DNA of 60,469 nucleotides from Candidatus Omnitrophota bacterium. GTDB lineage: Bacteria > Omnitrophota > Gorgyraeia > 2-02-FULL-51-18 > JAGOUK01. Where the stretch lies: assembly GCA_047639455.1 (NCBI GenBank), contig JBLINS010000004.1:1-60469 (forward strand). Reading direction: 5' to 3'. Below the pieces are notes generated by a model. The model was not told the DNA's origin. It searched no databases and saw only the letters and a list, made by a program, of their open reading frames with translations. Positions 28,113 through 34,183 of this stretch are shown here, piece by piece (within the stretch, counting starts at the first letter, position 1; each line of letters opens with the position of its first letter). The translations under genes and the position numbers were made by a program.

Positions 28113-29333
28113 TTAACCATTGTTGTTGTTATTATTATTATTGTTTCGCATATCCATATTCATGGGCATCATAGCCATATTTTGCATATTGTTATTGTTA
28201 CGATTATTATTGTTGTTTCGCATATCCATATTCATGGGCATCATATTATTATTGGCACCCATACCTTGATTCATGCCATTTTGATTAATCATATTCTGAT
28301 GTACTGTGGGTATGCCACAAAATGGGCAGCGCACATGATTGCCTATATCATTCTTAACTTGAATTCTCCACATACAATTCGGACAAACTAAAGTCCTATC
28401 CTTAGGCGTTTCCATCATAGGCTGATTCATAGCCACATTTTGCATCATCATAGGTTGCTGCTGCATCATCATGGATTGTTGCTGAGCCATGCTTGGCTGA
28501 GGATTGGACCAACCATACAATAATGGGTTTTGTGTATTTGATGACATGCCATTGGGTTGCATATTATTCATACCCATAGTTGGTTGCTGCATCATTCCTG
28601 GCTGTTGCATCATGGCGTTAGGATTCATGGGCATGTTTTGATTGCCTCTATTGCCTCCAATACCGACTTGTACGCCGGCAAGATTGCCCGTAGGGAATTG
28701 TTGAGGAGATGTTTTGCGTACGACCAAATATAAGTCAATCGCATTTTTGGCTCGTCCCGTGTAACCGCCATAGGCATTAATTCCCGATTGACTAAAGGCT
28801 ACATTTGACTGGGGGTTGATGAAGCCAGCAAGTACAGCTTCTTCACCCAGGCCGGCAACAAAATAGGCCACCTGAGTCATGGGCACTTGTTTTCCAAAAT
28901 AAGGATTTTTGATGGCTTCTAACAAACGACCATTAGCCGGATCAACCACTAAAAAATATTTGCCCGTAGATAAAGTTGGGGCCACATTGGAGCGTAAGGC
29001 TGGACCCGTTGCTGCAACCACAATTCTTTGACCAGCGGCAGTGACCATGCGGCCATTTTTATGCGCGCCACCCACATGCGGGTGATAAATGGCCAATACG
29101 GCTATACCGAGAACCAAAATAACAGCGGCAAATATAAAGAAAGTGTTCATATCCCATTTTTGTAAACGGCCTTTGATCACGTCATAAGACGGACCAATTT
29201 TGTCGCTTACTTGCTCTTTGATTTTTCCAAAAGTTTCGCCAACGGCGCTCGCACTCAAATTCTCAGCAATGCGTTGGCTGGTTTTTTTTCTAGGTGCCCG
29301 GGATACTTTTTTTCTTACTTTTTTTGCAGCCAT
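28113..29333 (-). CDS. TM, NifX/NifB-like domain, Cys4 ribbon and Met/Asn/Gln-rich tail
   Basis: IVVAATGPALRSNVAP...YFLVVDP...AIKNPY...EAVLAG; CPNC...CPFC; 72-bp repeat near 28141-28245. Confidence 0.8.
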   Translation of the reverse strand: MAAKKVRKKVSRAPRKKTSQRIAENLSASAVGETFGKIKEQVSDKIGPSYDVIKGRLQKWDMNTFFIFAAVILVLGIAVLAIYHPHVGGAHKNGRMVTAAGQRIVVAATGPALRSNVAPTLSTGKYFLVVDPANGRLLEAIKNPYFGKQVPMTQVAYFVAGLGEEAVLAGFINPQSNVAFSQSGINAYGGYTGRAKNAIDLYLVVRKTSPQQFPTGNLAGVQVGIGGNRGNQNMPMNPNAMMQQPGMMQQPTMGMNNMQPNGMSSNTQNPLLYGWSNPQPSMAQQQSMMMQQQPMMMQNVAMNQPMMETPKDRTLVCPNCMWRIQVKNDIGNHVRCPFCGIPTVHQNMINQNGMNQGMGANNNMMPMNMDMRNNNNNRNNNNMQNMAMMPMNMDMRNNNNNNNNNG

Positions 29334-29378
29334 TTCATTCTCCTCGAAGAGATCGTCTATTGATAAAAATTAAATGCA

Positions 29379-29951
29379 TTAAACTTGTTTTTGTTGAGCT
29401 AAATTGCCTGAATTCAAAGCGCCATAATCATAACTAAAAGGCACGCTCACATAAATTCCGCGGCCATTGCGATATACATCTAAAAGAATGCCATCTTGAT
29501 AAGGTATTTGACTGGTGGCGGCCTCAAAAGTTTTGCCATTTGAAACTGGCATGTGATTAACTGCGCGAATCACATCAAACATTTGAACCGATTGTAATGC
29601 GGCTAAGCCGTATTGTTTGTCCAAGCCATAAACAAATACACCCTGTACTTCTCTGGGTATACCAAATTCTTTGCGCAATGTCCTACTCAGTGGCAATAAA
29701 TCAATGCCTAACCAACGCAAAGCCTTGCTGTTGGGCAAACGCTGACTTGCTGGCACAACATTCATCACTGGTACAGCCTGTCGACTTTGCCTCATTGTAC
29801 GCAAACCTCTCACAGCTGGACGCATTGATTGTGTCACAGCCAAAAAGTAAGTTAATGCCACCACAATCAAGACAACTAAAGCCGCATAAATGGGATAAGT
29901 CTTACAAAGTTTTTTGATTGTTTCAATCCATTCCATCAAAGTTTGCATCAT
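29379..29951 (-). CDS. Membrane-anchored single-PDZ protein (MamE-Cter-like)
   Basis: TM, then RWLGIDL...GVFV...FDVIRAVN...VYRNG; overlaps the mamE stop. Confidence 0.75.
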   Translation of the reverse strand: MMQTLMEWIETIKKLCKTYPIYAALVVLIVVALTYFLAVTQSMRPAVRGLRTMRQSRQAVPVMNVVPASQRLPNSKALRWLGIDLLPLSRTLRKEFGIPREVQGVFVYGLDKQYGLAALQSVQMFDVIRAVNHMPVSNGKTFEAATSQIPYQDGILLDVYRNGRGIYVSVPFSYDYGALNSGNLAQQKQV

Positions 29952-31390
29952 ATCAATTCTATCTTTCGCGTTATGGTTTGACCGTTTCTTAATATAATGA
30001 CATCAACCACATCACCAGCTTTAAAAGTTGGCAATATCATCGGTATATCTTGGGTTCGTTGAATGGGTGTATTGGCCAAGGATATAATCACATCCCCTCT
30101 TTGCAATCCGCCAATTGCCGCAGGACTATTATCAATGACGCGATTAATCACAACACCTTCTGAGAGAGGTGCATTCAATTGCCGAGCCATAATACTATCC
30201 ATGGTTAGTCCCTCAACTCCAAACTGAACCGGCTTGGTGGGCGCCATCGCTTGCGCTGTTTGGTTATTACCAAAGAATTGCCCAAATAATGGGAACTTCG
30301 CTTGTTGAGGTCCGTAATTAGTTCCTAATTGTGTGCCAATGAATTGCTTGGCGTCATTAATCGGTATGGCAAAACCTGTACCATTAAAAAAACCATTGGG
30401 TGCATAAATGGCTGTATTCACACCAATGACTTCGCCATCCATATTCACCATGGGGCCACCTGATGATCCGCGATTAATCGGTGCATCGGTTTGAATTAAG
30501 TGGTCATACCTCACACCATCAATGCGTGTTGATTTGCGTATACCGCTGACAATACCGCTAGTCACGGTTTGATGCATGCCAAAGGGACTGCCAATGGCAA
30601 TCACAAAGTCAGCTGTTTGTAAGGCATCCGAATTACCAAAACGCGCTGGTGGAATTCGACTACCCGCTTGAATTTTGATCAAAGCCAAATCGCGGGTTGG
30701 GTCATGTGCTATAAATTCTGCGACATAATCACGATCAATTTTGCCAGGCACGGTGACACGGATATTTCTAGCGTTTTTGACCACATGGTAATTCGTGAGG
30801 ATATACCCACGTGCATCAAAAAAAGTGCCTGCACCTATATTTTCGAAGCCTTGATTATCAATAAATTTATCTATAGTGCCATCAAATGGTTTGACGAATT
30901 GGGGGTCTTGTGGATTTGTTGGAGTGGTGGGCGTGTTTTGCTGAACCCACATAGCGTGTATGTCCACAACAGATGGCAAGGCTGTATTGACTGCATCCTT
31001 GAGTGCGTTTTGTAAACCAATATGACCTTGTTGTTTAGTTGCACCTTGAATAGCAACTGGTTGCATATTGGATTGCATGCCATTATTCATACCAGCAACT
31101 TGCCGCATAGCCACTTGTTGAAAGCTGCCATTATTTTGATTACGCAAAAGTGGTGAATTAACCGGGATGTTTTGAATGGGACTAGCAATCAAAGGTTGAA
31201 CTGGCACGGCAACCAAAGGTTGTGTTTGAGCGGCAGTTGCGTCAACAGCACCAAATAACAGGTGATCACCCTGTAATACACCCCAACCTACAATGGCAAC
31301 TAATAGCAAAGACAACACAATTATCCAAGGCTTTTTGGGCTTATCGCAAAAGAAATCGTCTTCGTGAACTTGTTCGCTAAATCGTGACAT
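29948..31390 (-). CDS. mamE: HtrA-type magnetosome protease MamE (TM, trypsin, PDZ)
   Basis: Intact triad TNYHVV, DLAL, GSSGGP; TDAPIN; C-terminal PDZ; context next to mamI. No CxxCH in this chain. Confidence 0.88.
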   Translation of the reverse strand: MSRFSEQVHEDDFFCDKPKKPWIIVLSLLLVAIVGWGVLQGDHLLFGAVDATAAQTQPLVAVPVQPLIASPIQNIPVNSPLLRNQNNGSFQQVAMRQVAGMNNGMQSNMQPVAIQGATKQQGHIGLQNALKDAVNTALPSVVDIHAMWVQQNTPTTPTNPQDPQFVKPFDGTIDKFIDNQGFENIGAGTFFDARGYILTNYHVVKNARNIRVTVPGKIDRDYVAEFIAHDPTRDLALIKIQAGSRIPPARFGNSDALQTADFVIAIGSPFGMHQTVTSGIVSGIRKSTRIDGVRYDHLIQTDAPINRGSSGGPMVNMDGEVIGVNTAIYAPNGFFNGTGFAIPINDAKQFIGTQLGTNYGPQQAKFPLFGQFFGNNQTAQAMAPTKPVQFGVEGLTMDSIMARQLNAPLSEGVVINRVIDNSPAAIGGLQRGDVIISLANTPIQRTQDIPMILPTFKAGDVVDVIILRNGQTITRKIELI

Positions 31391-31415
31391 TAATATTTAT
31401 TCTCAAACTCCAAAA

Positions 31416-31703
31416 TTAAAAAACCAAAACATCTGGATTGTTATTTGTCTGTCCTGAAATAGGATTTGTCAAAGCTACATGTTGCATATTAGCTGCGTCA
31501 GGTTTTGGTGTCGCATGTCCCCCGCCACCGCCATGATCAGCAGCTCCAGCCGTAATCACATTTTGAACTGACGAAATAGAAAGTTCGCGTCCACTACTCA
31601 CATAAGTGATAGCCAAAATAATTAAGCTGGCACCCAAAATCCATAATAACCCTATCCACGCATTCCAGCAGGTGTCAGGGTCCTTTAGTTTCATAGCAGG
31701 CAT
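31416..31703 (-). CDS. 95-aa single-TM protein ending in -VLVF
   Basis: TM, Gly/His linker DHGGGGGH, NMQHVAL; lies between mamI and mamE. Confidence 0.65.
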   Translation of the reverse strand: MPAMKLKDPDTCWNAWIGLLWILGASLIILAITYVSSGRELSISSVQNVITAGAADHGGGGGHATPKPDAANMQHVALTNPISGQTNNNPDVLVF

Positions 31704-31828
31704 ATATATCTCTAAAAAAAGTAATTATATATTATTAACGTTGAATTGGACATTTATTTATTGAATATTTTGTGTAACTTTAACAATTGCAATTAGTTCG
31801 CACTTGCAAACTAGATATTGTGTCGTAT

Positions 31829-32005
31829 TTATTTCTTGCTCTTTTGGCCCTTGAGTTGCAACCCGCTGGATACAGCCACCAAACCACCAATTAATAAGAA
31901 CAAGGGCACAGATCCTCTTAAAAAATCACCAAAGTTTTCCCACCAACCAATAATCCCTAGAACACCTAAAGCTAAAGCTATCAAACCACCGATGATATGT
32001 GACAT
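31829..32005 (-). CDS. mamI: Magnetosome membrane protein MamI (58 aa, missed by ORF track)
   Basis: Manual translation MSHIIGGLIALALGVLGIIGWWENFGDFLRGSVPLFLLIGGLVAVSSGLQLKGQKSKK has the MamI G...WW....FLRG.VP..L..G.VA..SG signature; RBS ggag. Confidence 0.93.
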   Translation of the reverse strand: MSHIIGGLIALALGVLGIIGWWENFGDFLRGSVPLFLLIGGLVAVSSGLQLKGQKSKK

Positions 32006-32008
32006 TTC

Positions 32009-32470
32009 TTAATCTCCTTGAATTAACTTAATGGGAGTTAGTCCCTTGTTTATATTTTTATGATCAGTTTTTGCAGATTTATTCGAAATATTGCTTTTAA
32101 AAGAGGCTAAATATTTGCCTGATGCAAATAAACCTTTTTGAAATAGGCCATTGGACTCTTTTTTGCTATTAATATGGGCTGCAATGCGATTTGGCCGGCG
32201 AGTTTTTTTGGGAATAATAAACTTTTTTTGCTGTGCCATTTCTTCAGCCAATATTTCGACAGTGCTTTCTTTGAGGCGATTTAATAAAGCTTGGTCTGCC
32301 ATTTTGCGTTTGGACATCACGCGCAACAAAGTACTCACTTCTATACGTCTGTGGCCACCCAAAGTTTTGATGGATTTTAATAAATTGCGGTCAGCCCAAT
32401 TCATTACAGTGAAGCGCGAGACATTACATAAATTGGCAGCTTGAGTGGTGGTGATATACTTTTGGTTCAT
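32009..32470 (-). CDS. Excisionase/MerR-like (HTH_17, BldC-like) DNA-binding protein
   Basis: YITTTQAANLCNVSRFTVMNWAD...KTLGGHRRI; first gene of the minus-strand MGC run, 3 bp before mamI. Confidence 0.85.
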   Translation of the reverse strand: MNQKYITTTQAANLCNVSRFTVMNWADRNLLKSIKTLGGHRRIEVSTLLRVMSKRKMADQALLNRLKESTVEILAEEMAQQKKFIIPKKTRRPNRIAAHINSKKESNGLFQKGLFASGKYLASFKSNISNKSAKTDHKNINKGLTPIKLIQGD

Positions 32471-32587
32471 TAATAATCCTGTTTACGAAGAGCTCTTTAG
32501 CTCAAGTCTTATAACTGAAACCTAGTCAAAAATATTAAGCGGTACACAAATCCAGTGCAGAATTTACCATAACCCCCTATGAGCGTC

Positions 32588-32654
32588 AACAGCTTCCTGC
32601 TATTTCCTGCTATAACAGCTTCCTGCTATTTCCTGCCCTGCTATTTCCTGCTAT
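32588..32654. repeat. Short direct-repeat array (TTCCTGCTAT, ~6 cores) upstream of the MGC
   Basis: ttcctgctat at 32594, 32604, 32620 and 32645 plus partial cores at 32630 and 32637. Confidence 0.85.
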
Positions 32655-32816
32655 ATAGAGTAGAGCCTTATCAAAATTAATCAAATGTAGAAAATGTAGA
32701 CGCCTCCATTACCCTCTTTTTTCTACACTTGCTTGTTTGTGTTCAATGCTAATTGGTTGGTTGGGGTGTCGTTCAAGTGTCGCTTCAGCCGTCATTAGAC
32801 TATGTCACAACACCCC

Positions 32817-32942
32817 GTCATTGCGGGTGTATTATGGCCAAGCACGGGCACAATCCAGTAACAACAAATGATGCGAATGTATCGCATTTCCATAGCTAGC
32901 ATCTAGCGCACCTTCAGATTGCTACGCACTCCTCACAATGAC
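32817..32942. repeat. REP-like inverted pair
   Basis: gtcattgcggg...caatcc / agattgc...cacaatgac. Confidence 0.6.
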
Positions 32943-32973
32943 GAGGTTTTCTCATGCTACGCACTCCCCACAA

Positions 32974-33163
32974 TCAGACCGTGTCATAAAGCTTATAGCC
33001 ACGTCATTGCGAGGCGCGCGTAGCAGCAACGTGGCAATCTAGTGTTAATTAAATACAGGTGTCAAATGTAAATAAAATTGACTAGGCATTAGCCTTAGAT
33101 TGCCACTTCGCCGCTACCGCGCTCATCGCAATGACGGTGCTGGTACGTTGTGACGCGGTCTGA
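32974..33163. mobile_element. ~190-bp MITE/REP-doublet composite (copy B)
   Basis: tcagaccgtgtcataa ... ttgtgacgcggtctga; internal sequence clearly homologous to 9610-9802 and in the same orientation. Confidence 0.7.
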
Positions 33164-33449
33164 ATGACGAGGTTTTCTTCTGCTATGTGGCCTCGCACCA
33201 GCACCACGGTGTAACGACCTCCTAGAGCAGGCTTTTGCTGTGGGATCTACAAGGGTCTCGTCCCCTCGACCCATTCGTAAATAGGCCTTTGGCCACTCAC
33301 CGTCGCTACGCTCCTCAGGGTGACATACGCAAGCAGTCTTTGATTGCGTTAATTACAATTATAAAGACTTATACATAAATTAGCTTGCATGCTTAGCTTG
33401 TATACATTAGAATTGGCACAAATTTAAATATTGGAGACATGGAGAGATT

Positions 33450-34142
33450 ATGGAAATTCAAGACCTCGTTAAAACATTTAAACAAAATACTCGCGCGTGT
33501 GCTGCAGAATTCATTGGTGTCTTTGCATTAGTCTTTGTAGGCATGGGTGCGATTGCATCGGATATGATTACCGGTGGTCAAACAACTCTTTTGGGCGTTG
33601 CCCTAGCGCATGGCTTGACTATTGCTGTCATGGTCACGGTATTCATGAATGTCAGTGGCGGCCATCTCAATCCCGCTGTCACAATTGGTATGTTAGTCAC
33701 TAAGCGAATTGATGGTGTATTGGCCATTGCATATATCATTGCTCAATATCTAGGCGGTTTGGCGGGTGCAGTAGCCATTCAAACCATTATCGTTGGTGAA
33801 GTGCCGTTTGGAACCGGCGTCCCCGCTTTGGCTAGAGGCATATCGCCTGTTGTTGGTTTGCTTCTAGAAGTCATACTCACATTCTTCCTCGTGCTAAGTA
33901 TATTTGGCACAGCTGTAGATAAAAGCGCTCCTAAGATGGGCGGTTTGTTCATTGGCTTAACCGTGACATTGGGAATTCTTGTCGGCGGCCCCATATCGGG
34001 TGCGGCCATGAATCCAGCGCGTCACTTAGGTCCTGCTATTTTTGGTGGGGGTTTGGGCAGTGCTTGGCTTTATACTCTAGGACCCATTATCGGTGGTGTC
34101 ATAGCAGCTTTCGTTTACGAACAAGTCATCGAAAAGAAATAG
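33450..34142 (+). CDS. MIP-family channel (aquaporin)
   Basis: Two NPA motifs (HLNPAVT, AMNPARH), six TM segments. Confidence 0.95.
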   Translation: MEIQDLVKTFKQNTRACAAEFIGVFALVFVGMGAIASDMITGGQTTLLGVALAHGLTIAVMVTVFMNVSGGHLNPAVTIGMLVTKRIDGVLAIAYIIAQYLGGLAGAVAIQTIIVGEVPFGTGVPALARGISPVVGLLLEVILTFFLVLSIFGTAVDKSAPKMGGLFIGLTVTLGILVGGPISGAAMNPARHLGPAIFGGGLGSAWLYTLGPIIGGVIAAFVYEQVIEKK

Positions 34143-34183
34143 TTTACCGGACCCGTCCCCTTGGGACCTGGTCCAGTTAATAT

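Noticed and set aside
26850-28300. Near-identical repeated DNA words resembling a CRISPR array
   Set aside because: The repeats are in-frame coding repeats (57 and 72 bp) without unique spacers, and no cas genes are present.
31818-32012. Plus-strand 64-aa ORF in the ORF track
   Set aside because: It is the antisense shadow of mamI (31829-32005, minus), which has an RBS and a clear family signature.
33450-34142. Aquaporin as a magnetosome-specific gene
   Set aside because: It is an ordinary MIP with canonical NPA motifs, divergently oriented and outside the repeat-bounded cluster; nothing specific links it to the MGC.
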